Source: an uncultured Planctomycetota bacterium (lineage in GTDB: Bacteria > Planctomycetota > Planctomycetia > Isosphaerales > Isosphaeraceae). From it: 64,000 bases of DNA. Location: NCBI GenBank assembly GCA_963845755.1, contig CAWJTV010000020.1, forward strand, positions 192,001 to 256,000, written 5' to 3'. The notes under the pieces are model-generated. The model was not told where the DNA came from. It was given only the letters and a program-made list of their open reading frames with translations, and did no database searches. Both the position numbers and the translations under genes were made by a program. Below, piece after piece: positions 21,138 to 31,913 of the stretch; position 1 is the first letter of the stretch; each line of letters begins with the position of its first letter.

Positions 21138-22736
21138 ATGAGCACGTCCACGACACCGATCGGTCCCTCTGAGCCAAACCGGGTACGGATCTTCGACACG
21201 ACTCTGCGCGACGGCGAACAATCGCCGGGCGCCAGCATGAACATCGCCGAGAAGCTCGAGGTGGCCCGCGCGCTGGCCGGGCTGGGGGTCGATATCATCG
21301 AGGCCGGGTTCCCGATCGCCTCGGTCGGCGACTTCGAGGCGGTCCGGGCGATCGCCACCGAGGTGACCGGCTCGTCGGTCTGCGGCCTGGCGCGGTGCAA
21401 CGACCGCGACATCGACCGCGCCTGGGAGGCGATCCAGTATGCCCAGCAGCCGAGGATCCACGTCTTCCTGGCGACGTCGGCCATCCACCGCGAGCACAAG
21501 CTGCGGATGAGCAAGACCCAGATCATCGAGAAGGCGGTCGCCAGCGTGCGGCGGGCCAAGGCCTGTTGCCTGGACATCGAGTTCAGCCCCGAGGACGCCG
21601 CGCGCACCGAGCTCGATTTCCTCTGCGAGGTCGTCGGGGCCGCCATCGAGGCCGGCGCCACCACGGTGAACATCCCGGACACCGTCGGCTACGCCACCCC
21701 ACTCCAGTACGCGGCGGTCATCCGGACCCTGAGGGAGCGCGTGCCCAACATCGATCGGGCGATCATCAGCACCCACTGCCACGACGACCTTGGCATGGCG
21801 GTCGCCAACAGCCTGGCCGGCTGCGAGGCCGGCGCCCGGCAGGTGGAATGCACGATCAATGGCATCGGCGAACGCGCCGGCAATGCCGCGCTCGAAGAGG
21901 TCGTCATGGCGCTGAAGACCCGGTTCGACTATTTCGGCCTGGACACCCGCATCAAGACCGAGCGGCTCTATCCCATAAGCCGGATGCTCTCGACCATCAC
22001 CGGGATGACCGTCCAGCGCAACAAGGCGGTCGTGGGCCGAAACGCCTTCGCGCACGAATCGGGGATCCACCAGGACGGGATGCTCAAGGAGCGCTCGACT
22101 TACGAAATCATGCGGCCCGAAGACGTCGGCGTGCCGCGGACGGACCTCGTCCTGGGCAAGCACTCCGGACGACACGCCCTGCGCGAGCGAGTCGCCGAGA
22201 TGGGATATACCCTGACCGACGAACAGCTCGAAACCTTGTTCCACGACTTCAAGGCGCTGGCCGATAAGAAGAAGGAAGTCTATGACGAAGACCTGGTCGT
22301 CCTGATCGAGAAGAACCTGGAGGATGCCACGCCGCACTGGCAGCTCATCAGCTTGCACACGACGGCCGGGGTGGGCGTGCTGCCGTCGGCCACGATCGCC
22401 ATCCGCCGGCCCGACGGCGAGATTGTCCAGGACGCGGCCATCGGCGACGGACCGGTCAACGCGATCTTCAAGGCCGTCGAGCGGGTCACGGGCGTCCACG
22501 CCAACCTGCACGAGTTCGTCGTCCGGAGCGTGACCCAGGGGAAGGACGCGCAGGGCGAGGTGACCCTCGAGCTGGAAGTCGAGAGCGACGATCGGTCCTA
22601 CCGCGGTCGCGCCGCCTCGACCGACATCATCGAGGCGTCGGCCCAGGCGTACCTCAACGCCGTCAACGCGATCGCCACCCGCCGGGAACGCGGTCACGTC
22701 CGCGAGGTCGTCGGCCGGCCCGGGGCGGGGGCGTAG
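21138..22736 (+). CDS. leuA: 2-isopropylmalate synthase
   Basis: [54 protein letters not shown]; regulatory domain GDGPVNA. Confidence 0.97.
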   Translation: MSTSTTPIGPSEPNRVRIFDTTLRDGEQSPGASMNIAEKLEVARALAGLGVDIIEAGFPIASVGDFEAVRAIATEVTGSSVCGLARCNDRDIDRAWEAIQYAQQPRIHVFLATSAIHREHKLRMSKTQIIEKAVASVRRAKACCLDIEFSPEDAARTELDFLCEVVGAAIEAGATTVNIPDTVGYATPLQYAAVIRTLRERVPNIDRAIISTHCHDDLGMAVANSLAGCEAGARQVECTINGIGERAGNAALEEVVMALKTRFDYFGLDTRIKTERLYPISRMLSTITGMTVQRNKAVVGRNAFAHESGIHQDGMLKERSTYEIMRPEDVGVPRTDLVLGKHSGRHALRERVAEMGYTLTDEQLETLFHDFKALADKKKEVYDEDLVVLIEKNLEDATPHWQLISLHTTAGVGVLPSATIAIRRPDGEIVQDAAIGDGPVNAIFKAVERVTGVHANLHEFVVRSVTQGKDAQGEVTLELEVESDDRSYRGRAASTDIIEASAQAYLNAVNAIATRRERGHVREVVGRPGAGA

Positions 22737-22849
22737 TCGATCGGTTGATCGCCTGGAGTCTGGAACTCTCGTAGGAGCGAGATACGACCTGCGGCGCTCG
22801 CTCCTTGTGTCTCCGCGAACGGCAGGCATATCGAATTGAGGAGCACGCA

Positions 22850-23101
22850 ATGGGCTGGAGAGAGCGGATCAACATCAACCCGAAGGTCTGCGGTGGGAAA
22901 GCCTACATCAAGGGTACGCGCGTCATGGTGTCCGTCATCCTTGACAACCTGGCGGAGGGTGAGAGCTACGAGTCGATCATGCAGGGCTATCACCTGACTC
23001 ACCAAGATATTCAGGCCGCGATCGCCTTCGCCGCCGATCTGGCCGCGGACTGGTATGTTCCTCTGGAGCCAGGAGTGCCGGATGTTGTTCAAGCTCGATG
23101 A
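22850..23101 (+). CDS. DUF433 family antitoxin
   Basis: RININPKVCGGKAYIKGTRVMV..YHLTHQDIQAAIAFA; GAGGAG RBS. Confidence 0.9.
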   Translation: MGWRERININPKVCGGKAYIKGTRVMVSVILDNLAEGESYESIMQGYHLTHQDIQAAIAFAADLAADWYVPLEPGVPDVVQAR

Positions 23102-23453
23102 GAACCTACGCGCGGAAGTCGGCGAGCCGCTGCGACAAGTCGGCCATGACGTCTCGACGGTTTACGACCAGGGCCTTCGAGGTCGAGACGATCATGAGAT
23201 CGCAGAAGCCTGTCGCGCCGAGGGGCGAGTTCTCATCTCGCTCGACCTCGATTTCTCCAACATTCAGAACTTTCCGCCTGAAAACTACCCCGGATTGATT
23301 GTTCTCCGCTTGCGGACCAAGGGGCGTACCGCCGTCGAGAGCGTGTTCCGGCGAGTCATCTCCCATTTGGACCAGCAACCGATAGCCGGACGGCTTTGGA
23401 TCGTGGACGAGCAACGAATTCGAATCCACCGCGTTCGCGACGACGAAGATTGA
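23082..23453 (+). CDS. DUF5615 family PIN-like toxin
   Basis: MLFKLDENL..GHDVSTV..DDHEI..EGRVLISLDLDF..GLIVLR; overlaps the DUF433 gene. Confidence 0.9.
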   Translation: MLFKLDENLRAEVGEPLRQVGHDVSTVYDQGLRGRDDHEIAEACRAEGRVLISLDLDFSNIQNFPPENYPGLIVLRLRTKGRTAVESVFRRVISHLDQQPIAGRLWIVDEQRIRIHRVRDDED

Positions 23454-23643
23454 AAGTCAACAGTCGCCGTGGTTGGCGACAAGGAACCGCAGGCGATCAC
23501 CGTGACGCTGTGCGACTCCGGGATTCCCGTCGTCGTCCTGGACCTGCCAATTGCATCCATCCGTCCCAGACCCTACGCTGAAACCGTCATGTGCGAGGTC
23601 GGCGAAGAAAAGGGTCAAGATAACGGGCCGAGGGGAACGGATC

Positions 23644-25011
23644 ATGTCCGGCAAGATCGACGAACGGATCGTTATCGACCCGGCGATCGGCCTGCCGGCT
23701 GACGGTGTCCCGGGGGATGTCGTGCTCCGGAAAGTGGGCCGGCGGCTGATCCCCTTCCTCTTCATGCTCTATGTCGCGAACATCCTGGACCGGGCGAATG
23801 TGAGCTTCGCACGTTTCGAGATGCTGAGTGACCTTCACCTGGGCGAAGAAGTCTACGGATGGGCCGCCACATTCTGCTTCTACCTGGGATACCTCCTCTT
23901 CGAAGTACCGAGCAACCTCATCCTCCACCGGGTCGGGGCTCGCCGCTGGATCAGCCGGATCATGGTCAGTTGGGGGATCGTGTCGACCTGCACGATGCTC
24001 GTGAAGGATGCGAGTAGCTTCTATCTGGTCCGGATCCTCCTGGGCGTGGCCGAGGCTGGTTTCTTCCCCGGCATCGTGTTGTACCTGAGTTACTGGTTCC
24101 CGGCGCGGGAGCGGGCCCGGGCGGTGGCCTGCTTCATGATGGCCTCGCCACTGGCCGGCGCGTTCGGCGGAATCGTCTCGGGCAACTTGCTCCGATACAC
24201 CGATCACGCCCTGGGGCTTGCGGGATGGCAATGGCTCTTCCTGATCGAGGGGATTCCGTCGGTCATCCTGGGAATCGTCACCTGGTGGTACCTGACCGAT
24301 CGACCGAAGGACGCCCGATGGCTGTCGCCCGACGAGCGGTCCTGGCTCGCGGACCGCATGGCCCGCGAAGAGCAGCACAACGCGGCGCACCATGGGCTGA
24401 ACCGCCTCGGGACGCTGGCCGACCCGAGGGTCGGCCTGTTCATCCTGCTCTACTTCACCATCGCGCTGGGCTCCAACGGATTCGGATTCTACGCGCCCGA
24501 GATCCTCAAGAGGCAATTCCACGGGTGGAAACCCGATGGGATCGGATACCTCTACCTGATCCCGAACCTCACGACGGCGGTCGCCATGTTCCTGATCGGC
24601 AGCCACTCAGACCGGACCGGGGAGCGGCGGTGGCATCTGGCCCTCTGCGCATTCCTGGCCGCGATCGGGTGGGCACTCAGCGCGACCCTGCAATCGCCGT
24701 GGCTCGTCTTGTTCTCCCTCACGGTGGCCCAGGTGGGGATGATCAGCATGATCGGGCCGTTCTGGTCGTTCGCGACGTCCTTCCTCAGCGGTGTCGGGGC
24801 GGTCGGGGGGATTGCGATCATCAATACGATCGCCAATAGCGGCGGCGCCCTGTCGTCGCCGCTCATGAGCTGGCTGGAGAAGGTTTCCGGCAGCTTCGCC
24901 ACCGGGCAACTCGTGCTCGCCGTGACGCTCCTGGTCGGAGGTGGGCTGGCCCTTTGCATCCGCGATGATCCGACGGCGAAACCCTTGCATCCGCGCGATG
25001 GGGAACTGTAG
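23644..25011 (+). CDS. MFS transporter, anion:cation symporter (tartrate/organic-acid type)
   Basis: RRLIPFL..LDRANV, FEVPSNL..VGARRWISRIM, LGVAEAGFFPG..YWFP, GWQWLFLIEG, SDRTGERRWH. Confidence 0.9.
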   Translation: MSGKIDERIVIDPAIGLPADGVPGDVVLRKVGRRLIPFLFMLYVANILDRANVSFARFEMLSDLHLGEEVYGWAATFCFYLGYLLFEVPSNLILHRVGARRWISRIMVSWGIVSTCTMLVKDASSFYLVRILLGVAEAGFFPGIVLYLSYWFPARERARAVACFMMASPLAGAFGGIVSGNLLRYTDHALGLAGWQWLFLIEGIPSVILGIVTWWYLTDRPKDARWLSPDERSWLADRMAREEQHNAAHHGLNRLGTLADPRVGLFILLYFTIALGSNGFGFYAPEILKRQFHGWKPDGIGYLYLIPNLTTAVAMFLIGSHSDRTGERRWHLALCAFLAAIGWALSATLQSPWLVLFSLTVAQVGMISMIGPFWSFATSFLSGVGAVGGIAIINTIANSGGALSSPLMSWLEKVSGSFATGQLVLAVTLLVGGGLALCIRDDPTAKPLHPRDGEL

Positions 25012-25095
25012 ATCACACGGAAGCCAGCCGGCTCCCGACTGCGGGACGGATGGATCGAAGAGAATTCCCGATTCAACAAGAACAGTACCCGGGGG

Positions 25096-26070
25096 ATGCA
25101 AGGCATGAAGGTCGCCGTCACGGATTACACATTCGACTCGCTCGACGTGGAACGCGCCATCCTCGAGCCGATCGGTTGTGAGGTCGTCGGGCCCTATGCG
25201 AAGAACGAGCCGGATTCCCTCCTGACCCTGGTCGCCGACGCCGATTGTGTCCTCACCCAGTTCGCCCCCGTGGATGCACGGGTCATCGGATCGATGGGTC
25301 GCGCCCGGGCGATCGTGCGATACGGCATCGGGGTCGATAATGTGGACCTCGACGCGGCAAGAGCCAGGGGTATCCCGGTCTGCAACGTCCCGGATTACTG
25401 CATCGACGAGGTCGCCGACCATACGCTCGGCCTGATCCTGGCCATGAGCCGGCAATTCATTCCCCATCGCGACCGCGTCCGGAGTGGCCGGTGGGGCTCG
25501 GGTGCACCGCTCCATGCGATGCACGCGCTCAAGCAACTGACGATCGGCCTCGTCGGCTTCGGCCGCATCGGCCGGGCGGTGGCCGACCGGCTGCGCGCCT
25601 TCCGTTGCATGACGATCGTCTTCGACCCGCTGGTCACTCAGGACGAGGTCGAGCATTGCGGCTGCATGCCCGTCACGTTCGACCGGTTGGTGCGGAACGC
25701 CGACGTGATCTCGCTGCACTGCCCATCCACTCCCACGACGCGGCGGATGTTCGATCGCGAGACTCTCGAGAAAGTGAAACCGGGTGCGCTCTTCATCAAC
25801 GTGGCGCACGGCGACCTGGTCGATACCGGGGCCCTGGTCAACGCCCTCCAGGCCGATCGACTCGGCGGCGCAGGCCTGGACGTCTGCGACCCCGAGCCGA
25901 TCCCGGCGGATAGCCCGCTCCTGACGATGGACAAGGTCATCCTGACACCGCACGTCGCGTCCGCCAGCGTGCCGGCGGTCGCGAGGCTGCGGACCAGCGC
26001 CGCCGAGACGGCGGCCAGGGCCCTACGCGGCGAGCCGCTGCTGAACGTGGTCAACGGCGTGAAGACCTGA
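25096..26070 (+). CDS. D-isomer 2-hydroxyacid dehydrogenase (CtBP-like)
   Basis: RYGIGVDNVD, NVPDYCIDEVADH, GFGRIG, SLHCP, GLDV..EP, TPHVA. Confidence 0.9.
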   Translation: MQGMKVAVTDYTFDSLDVERAILEPIGCEVVGPYAKNEPDSLLTLVADADCVLTQFAPVDARVIGSMGRARAIVRYGIGVDNVDLDAARARGIPVCNVPDYCIDEVADHTLGLILAMSRQFIPHRDRVRSGRWGSGAPLHAMHALKQLTIGLVGFGRIGRAVADRLRAFRCMTIVFDPLVTQDEVEHCGCMPVTFDRLVRNADVISLHCPSTPTTRRMFDRETLEKVKPGALFINVAHGDLVDTGALVNALQADRLGGAGLDVCDPEPIPADSPLLTMDKVILTPHVASASVPAVARLRTSAAETAARALRGEPLLNVVNGVKT

Positions 26071-26186
26071 GTGGTCCCGAATGGAGCGGGCTGGCTCTGA
26101 GTCCTCGAGGTGCCAGTCTCCTTTTCACACGATGGCCCTCGTTTTTCGCGAGGAGTCGGCGTTCTTCGGGATCCGGAGGCATCCTC

Positions 26187-26702
26187 GTGAGTCGTCGCCG
26201 CACACTCAAGGGTCTGATGATCGCCATCGCCGCGATTGGCATTGCGATTGCCGTCATCGTCAGGCCGATAGAGCTCTGGGTGGTATTCCTGCCAATCCTA
26301 CACTTGACGATCCTCCTGACGGCGATCCTCGCTTGTCTGTATCGCAATGGACTGAAGCGGGCCTACTGGAGCGGCTTCGCCGTCTTCGGGTGGGCGTACT
26401 TCCTTACAAGCATGATCCGCAACTATCTTATGGGGCAGCCGCCGCTCCTCGTGCCCGAACTTCACTTGTGGATGGGGAACGTGAATTGGATTAAATTAAC
26501 GATGAGCGACCTGATCAAAACATGGCACAGCCTCATGAGAGAGACGGATGATGTCGGCCGCCTCACCATAAACTGGTCTCTTGGGGGTCTGGCCTTCGCC
26601 GGTATTGGGGGCATCATCGCCCGAGTCTTGGCGCTCTCTCAGTCCGGCTCGACGGGCCAGGACTACCCGCCGCAGTCGCGACACCAGACCGATGCTCAAT
26701 GA
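26187..26702 (+). CDS. Hypothetical membrane protein
   Basis: Several hydrophobic segments (RRTLKGLMIAIAAIG; YWSGFAVFGWAYF); GGAGG upstream of the GTG. Confidence 0.7.
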   Translation: MSRRRTLKGLMIAIAAIGIAIAVIVRPIELWVVFLPILHLTILLTAILACLYRNGLKRAYWSGFAVFGWAYFLTSMIRNYLMGQPPLLVPELHLWMGNVNWIKLTMSDLIKTWHSLMRETDDVGRLTINWSLGGLAFAGIGGIIARVLALSQSGSTGQDYPPQSRHQTDAQ

Positions 26703-26795
26703 GCCATCGGTCCACCATGGACCGGGCCGCGCTTCGGGACGAAACGCCGCCCGGGTCAGGCGTATCTCGAATGCGCCGAGTGGTCCCGTGGCGGA

Positions 26796-27668
26796 TCAAC
26801 GTTCCCTCATGGCTGCCAGCGTGCCGCGAATGTAGCCGATGCTCTCGGCCACGCCGGGGATCGGATCATTCATGTCCTTCTCGTGCTCGAGGCCGACGTG
26901 GTAGCTGTAGCCGAGATCCAGCAGAGTCCGAAGCATACCGCGGATGTCGAGAACCCCTCGGCCGACCTCGACGGGGTGTGACCGTCCCTCCTCGCTCGAC
27001 AGGTCCTTGAAATGCACGTCGTAGAGGCGAGCGGCGCAGGTGCGAAACGCTTTGGCGGGGTCCACGCCACAACGCGCCGTATGTCCCACATCGACGCACA
27101 CGCCGATCCGCGCGTCGTACTTCTGGATGGCCTCCCAGACGTCGAGTGGTGAGGGCCAGACCTTGTCTTCCGGGCCGTGGTTGTGGATCGCCAGTTTGAG
27201 ATCGAACTCCTTGACCAGCCCATCCAGCACCGGGAGGGATTGGTGCCTCGGGTTGCAGACGATCGTGGGAATGCCCGCATCGCGCGCGTATTCGAACGCA
27301 TTCCGGAGCGCCGACTCATCGCCGGTCATGCTGACGACGCCGCAGCTCAGGGGCGTGATGCCCGCATCGCGAAACTTCTTGACGACCGCCTTGCGCTCCT
27401 CGGTGGTGCTCTTGAGTGGTAGATGGGCGTCCTTGATCGAGACGTAGTTGACTCCCACCCGGCGAACGCCCTGAATCGCCGCCTCCAGGGGCAGTCGCGA
27501 GTAGCTATATGAGGCCACCCCGACCTTCAGCCCCAGCCAGGGGTCGGTTCCCGAAGGCGGCGCCTGGGCGTTGACGTGCGGGGAGAGCCCCGCGATGGGT
27601 GAGAGGGCTGCGGACGCAGTTGCGAGTCGGACGAATCCCCTGCGAGAGAGCGAAGATGACAAGTCCAT
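26796..27668 (-). CDS. Tat-exported sugar phosphate isomerase/epimerase (xylose-isomerase-like TIM barrel)
   Basis: SRRGFV signal; LAIHNHGPED, CVDVGH, DVHFKD, EVGRG, GLEHE. Confidence 0.85.
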   Translation of the reverse strand: MDLSSSLSRRGFVRLATASAALSPIAGLSPHVNAQAPPSGTDPWLGLKVGVASYSYSRLPLEAAIQGVRRVGVNYVSIKDAHLPLKSTTEERKAVVKKFRDAGITPLSCGVVSMTGDESALRNAFEYARDAGIPTIVCNPRHQSLPVLDGLVKEFDLKLAIHNHGPEDKVWPSPLDVWEAIQKYDARIGVCVDVGHTARCGVDPAKAFRTCAARLYDVHFKDLSSEEGRSHPVEVGRGVLDIRGMLRTLLDLGYSYHVGLEHEKDMNDPIPGVAESIGYIRGTLAAMRER

Positions 27669-27911
27669 AGCCGGGTCCTTTCGAGCACGAGGGTCGAGTC
27701 GATACGAGCCTTCCTCCGACGATCGCGTCGATAATAACCGGACCAGGGGCTTGTGGCAGCCCGGCGGAGCGAGAGAACGACCGAAAGCTCCCATCGTCTC
27801 CCGGCTCGAATGCGACCCGACGGCCCCGTACAATGTCGTGGGAATCGATCGTCGTGCGTCGTGTGCGACAATCCTGGCCCCTAGAGCTACGATTTCAAAC
27901 AGGGTCTACCG

Positions 27912-29093
27912 ATGCAACTGCGTCACCTCCAGCGCTTTCGTGGCACGGCCATGTTGATCGCCGCCTTTGCCCTCACACCCCTGACGGCACGCGGTCAGGA
28001 GTCAGCCGCGTCGGAGGGGATTGCCTCGGCGCTCCGGCCATTCGTCAAGCGCCACGCACTCGCGGGCGCGGTGACACTCGTGGCCGACCGCGACAAGGTC
28101 CTCAGCCTCGACGCGGTCGGGTTCGCCGACGTCGCGACCCACAAGCCGATGGCCACGGATGCGCTGTTCTGGATCGCCTCACAATCGAAGCCCATCACAG
28201 CGGCCGCGCTCATGATGCTGGTGGACGAGGGGAAGGTCAAACTCGACGATCCCGTGGCGAAGTATCTCCCCGAGTTCCAGGACCTCTGGCTCGCCGTCGA
28301 GAGAGACAAGGACCATATCCTCTTGAGACGGCCGGCTCGGCCGGTCAGCGTGCGCGACCTGCTCCGGCACACCAGCGGGATGTCGTTCGCGTCGGCGATG
28401 GAACACCCCACGCTCGATACACTACCCCTTCGCGACGCGGTCCGGAGCTACGCCATGACGCCGCTCCAGTTCGAGCCGGGGACGAAATACCAGTACTCCA
28501 ACGCCGGCATCAACACGGCGGGCCGGATCATCGAGGTCGTCGGCGGGATGCCGTACGAGGAGTTCTTGAGCCGCCGGTTGTTCGGCCCGCTCGGCATGAA
28601 CGACACCACCTTCTGGCCGAGCGAGGCCCAGCTCAAGCGACTGGCCCATTCCTACAAGCCGAACGCGGCGAAGTCCGACATCGAGGAGACGACCATCACC
28701 CAGCTCCACTACCCACTCAGCGACCGCGGCCGGTACCCGATGCCGGCGGGCGGCCTCTTCTCGACGGCGACGGACGTCGCCCATTTCTGCCAGATGTTGC
28801 TCAACAAGGGCCGATTCGAGGGCAAACGCTATCTCTCGGATGCGTCGGTTGCGGAGATGACACACAAGCAGACGGGCGCTGGGATCAAGGACAGTTACGG
28901 CCTCGGCCTCTCGACCGGGGGTGGCGGGTTCGGACACGGCGGGGCGTATGCCACCAACATGACCATCGAACCCGGCCTCGGCCGGATCTACGTGTTCATG
29001 GTGCAGCACGCCGGCTTTCCCGACGGTGGGGACCAGAGCTTTCCAACGTTCAAGAAGGCGGCCGAGCGACGGTTCTCCGGCTCGGGGAACTGA
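27912..29093 (+). CDS. Serine hydrolase (beta-lactamase class C-like)
   Basis: FWIASQSK (SxxK), LLRHTSG, YQYSN, PAGGLFST, FGHGG; signal peptide. Confidence 0.9.
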   Translation: MQLRHLQRFRGTAMLIAAFALTPLTARGQESAASEGIASALRPFVKRHALAGAVTLVADRDKVLSLDAVGFADVATHKPMATDALFWIASQSKPITAAALMMLVDEGKVKLDDPVAKYLPEFQDLWLAVERDKDHILLRRPARPVSVRDLLRHTSGMSFASAMEHPTLDTLPLRDAVRSYAMTPLQFEPGTKYQYSNAGINTAGRIIEVVGGMPYEEFLSRRLFGPLGMNDTTFWPSEAQLKRLAHSYKPNAAKSDIEETTITQLHYPLSDRGRYPMPAGGLFSTATDVAHFCQMLLNKGRFEGKRYLSDASVAEMTHKQTGAGIKDSYGLGLSTGGGGFGHGGAYATNMTIEPGLGRIYVFMVQHAGFPDGGDQSFPTFKKAAERRFSGSGN

Positions 29094-29244
29094 TCCAAAT
29101 CACGCGGGAGACGCCCGGTATCCGGTCAGGCCATGCGGCCGATCCGGTGAGCAGGCTGGGTTGCTCAGGGAACCCTGGGCGCCTTCCAGAGGAACAGAGG
29201 GTGCGGGTCACATCGGTCAACATGCCAATATGTGGATGTGAGCA

Positions 29245-29395
29245 TTGATCCATCTCGCGAGAAGGTGATGCCGATTGGCGTCAACGGATGACCCTTGAGG
29301 TTCAGCGGCTCTTGGCCAGTGGAGGTCTGCCAGAGGATCAATGAATCATCGCGGTCCGCCGAGACAAGGGTCTTACCGTCGGACGCGAAATTGGG
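29245..29395 (-). pseudogene. Isolated WD40-repeat remnant
   Basis: FASDGKTLVSADRDDSLILWQTSTGQEPLNLKGH..ITFSRDG with no surrounding gene. Confidence 0.55.
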
Positions 29396-29604
29396 CCGGA
29401 TTGCCCTGGGAGATTGCTCCCCCAGGGCGACCCGTTCCATTACATTCTGACACGATTAAATTCTCGTGCCCGCTCTCGGGCGTGAACTTGTTGGTGAAAT
29501 GCCGGAGAAAGCTCTGGCCGAGCTGGCAGCGGCCAGGCAATCCGGGCCCCGCGACGAAACCGGGGCGGCCGGGTCCGGCCAGCCGGCCATCCTGTCGCCT
29601 CGGA

Positions 29605-30924
29605 TCAGCTACCAGGTGCAGGTTGGTATGCACCGGTGACCGCTCCGGGGGGATTGGTGCCGTTCTTGCTCGTGCAGTAATCGACCTGATACAGCCAGCC
29701 GTAGGCGTGATCGCTGACCGCGACGCTCGGTGTCAGACCGTAGCCTGCGGGGTGCATGTACTCATTGCCACCCCAATCCGTGATGTATTGGAGCGGACTA
29801 GCGATGTCAGCGGTGACCTGGCCGAGGAGCACATTGATCTGCTCTTGGTTCTCCCCGTAGGTCGTCGAGAGCTGGCCCGACCACGTCAGCATGTAGTTGC
29901 CCGGCGCATCTCGCTGACAGGCGATGCCCCACCACGCCGTCTGCGATTCATTCTGCTCGAGCCCGTCATTGTTGAAGTTTGCGGTCCCCGCCAAAATCGG
30001 ATTGCTGGACCAGTTCGTCGTATATCGACTGGCATTCAAGTCGCCATAACCCACGACGAACCCTCCGCTTGTCGCCGAGGTGCCATGGTAGCAGGCCACG
30101 CGACACCAGACGTAGTCAGTGGCGTTTTGGTAAGTCGTGACCGCGTAATCCTTGAACGCGAATTGATCGTTGGCGAAATGGAAGCCCGAGAGGTAGACAC
30201 CCCACGGGGAGCGCCCATTCGCGCCGACTCCTGACACATAGGTCAATACGAAGTTACCGTAGTCGTCCCCTGAGATGCCGCCGAGTGCGAGGTCTTGGCC
30301 CGATTGGCCGCCCGCCTGCACCGGGTTGCCCTGTGTGTATGGTACGCCTGTCGAGGGGTTGACGAGGAACGTCTGGATGTATGGGGCACCAAAGCTATTC
30401 TGGAAGGCGACCGCAACAGCCATCGCTGTGTGACCTGCGTACGTGGTGAGCTGGCGGGTAACGGCCACCCATGCCGTGGTCCCCTGTACCCACGAGCCCG
30501 TGCTCGAGTTGTAGCCGACCGGGAACGGGTTATAGCCGTTGACCGTGCAGAACGGGATCGTGGGGTTGCCTGAATTTGGATAGGTGTACTGGGCGCACCA
30601 GACCGCGGCGAAGTTCGGAGCGGTCGAAGATGAGTCGTCCGTGTCGACGGAGGCCGGAGGTTGGTCGGTCGGAGTGTTGGGCGTTCCGCTGTACACGACG
30701 CCATTCACCTTGTACGAGGGCAGTAGCTTTCCACCCCCATCGGAAGGAGCACCCTTGTAGGCATTCCGCTCGTAGTAAATCACCGGTGAGTTCTGGTAAT
30801 TGTGCATCCAGACCGAGTCGAAGACGGTCCCCTGCTTGTTGCAGGAAACCGATGGCCAGTAATCCGGGCCGTTTGACTGTGTCGTCAACAGGCTCCCCAG
30901 CATGAGTACGAATGTCCCGATCAT
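29605..30924 (-). CDS. Hypothetical secreted protein (439 aa), possible beta-propeller
   Basis: AAGGGAGG RBS, hydrophobic N-terminus, G/S/T/N/Y-rich, loosely recurring PSV..G.F..VW units. Confidence 0.75.
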   Translation of the reverse strand: MIGTFVLMLGSLLTTQSNGPDYWPSVSCNKQGTVFDSVWMHNYQNSPVIYYERNAYKGAPSDGGGKLLPSYKVNGVVYSGTPNTPTDQPPASVDTDDSSSTAPNFAAVWCAQYTYPNSGNPTIPFCTVNGYNPFPVGYNSSTGSWVQGTTAWVAVTRQLTTYAGHTAMAVAVAFQNSFGAPYIQTFLVNPSTGVPYTQGNPVQAGGQSGQDLALGGISGDDYGNFVLTYVSGVGANGRSPWGVYLSGFHFANDQFAFKDYAVTTYQNATDYVWCRVACYHGTSATSGGFVVGYGDLNASRYTTNWSSNPILAGTANFNNDGLEQNESQTAWWGIACQRDAPGNYMLTWSGQLSTTYGENQEQINVLLGQVTADIASPLQYITDWGGNEYMHPAGYGLTPSVAVSDHAYGWLYQVDYCTSKNGTNPPGAVTGAYQPAPGS

Positions 30925-31578
30925 GGTCGATTCCTCCCTTGATGGTGTTCAAGCCGTATCCGTGGGATTCCTTTTCGACCGTCGGTCGATCACGACGACT
31001 GCAGGTCGCGGGTGCTTCACTGCGAAGACCGGACGGACGGCGCAGCCGCATCGGCTTCGCCAATGAGGTTGGCCGCATCCGTATCCGGTTCGTCGGACGT
31101 TCGACCTTGAGCAGCCCCTGCACAAGACCCAGGGGCGACGAATGTTGCGTGAGTCGCGCCGCCGGCAAGTTGAGGGTCACGTTCGTGGCAGCAATCGCCG
31201 ACGTGAACACTGGACGGCGATGGTCCGATCACAGATTGACGAAGCCGGACCTGCCTGATCCACATCGCGGAATCATGCGGCCCGGACGCGCACTCGGGCC
31301 GAGGGTGTGGATACTAACCCCGGGGCCCGGACCTCGGCAGACGTTCACAATCCTTCGGCATTCGTAGGAAGTGCATATCCACGCAGGGCCGAATTGTCCA
31401 GTGAGCACGAATCACTGGGTTCTTGACGCCTCGCTCGATGTGGCTTATTAAGCCGCGGTGAGAATACGCTGGCCGAACGCGTCTTGTCAACAGTCAGTTT
31501 GGCACGTTTTCTTTTATCAACGTGCCCCCCGGGGGGAGTCGGGGGCCACACGGGGTCCGGCCTATTTGAGGGGAAATG

Positions 31579-31835
31579 AAAGGGGGTCAGGAGCGAATGG
31601 CACGAGGTTAGTCGTAACATCCATGTGAGTAGGTATTTGTGAAGAAAGTCGTGGTCGTTTCATGAACTCGACTTCTCAGCGGATGGACCCACAGCCCTTG
31701 TTTTCGGGAGGCCGCCAATCGTCAACGAGCAAGCATATACGAAAAACACAATCTCGAATTCAGCGCTTCCTCGTGTAACTCCAAGTCTAATTTGGACTTT
31801 CGCTTAACCTCGTACCATTCGCTCCTGACCCCTTT
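31579..31835. mobile_element. MITE-like element with 28-bp terminal inverted repeats
   Basis: GGGGTCAGGAGCGAATGGCACGAGGTTA (31583-610) vs TAACCTCGTACCATTCGCTCCTGACCCC (31805-832), 27/28 match; AT-richer non-coding core. Confidence 0.7.
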
Positions 31836-31913
31836 GATTCCGCGGAGAAATGACCCCGATCGCGGGTGGTGCCGGCGATCCGGTCGGAGCATGCGGACGA
31901 ACCGTTGTCCGGA

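Noticed and set aside
13024..23453. Uma2 and DUF433/DUF5615 as a defence island
   Set aside because: They are 9 kb apart among housekeeping genes, and both families are commonly scattered in planctomycete genomes.
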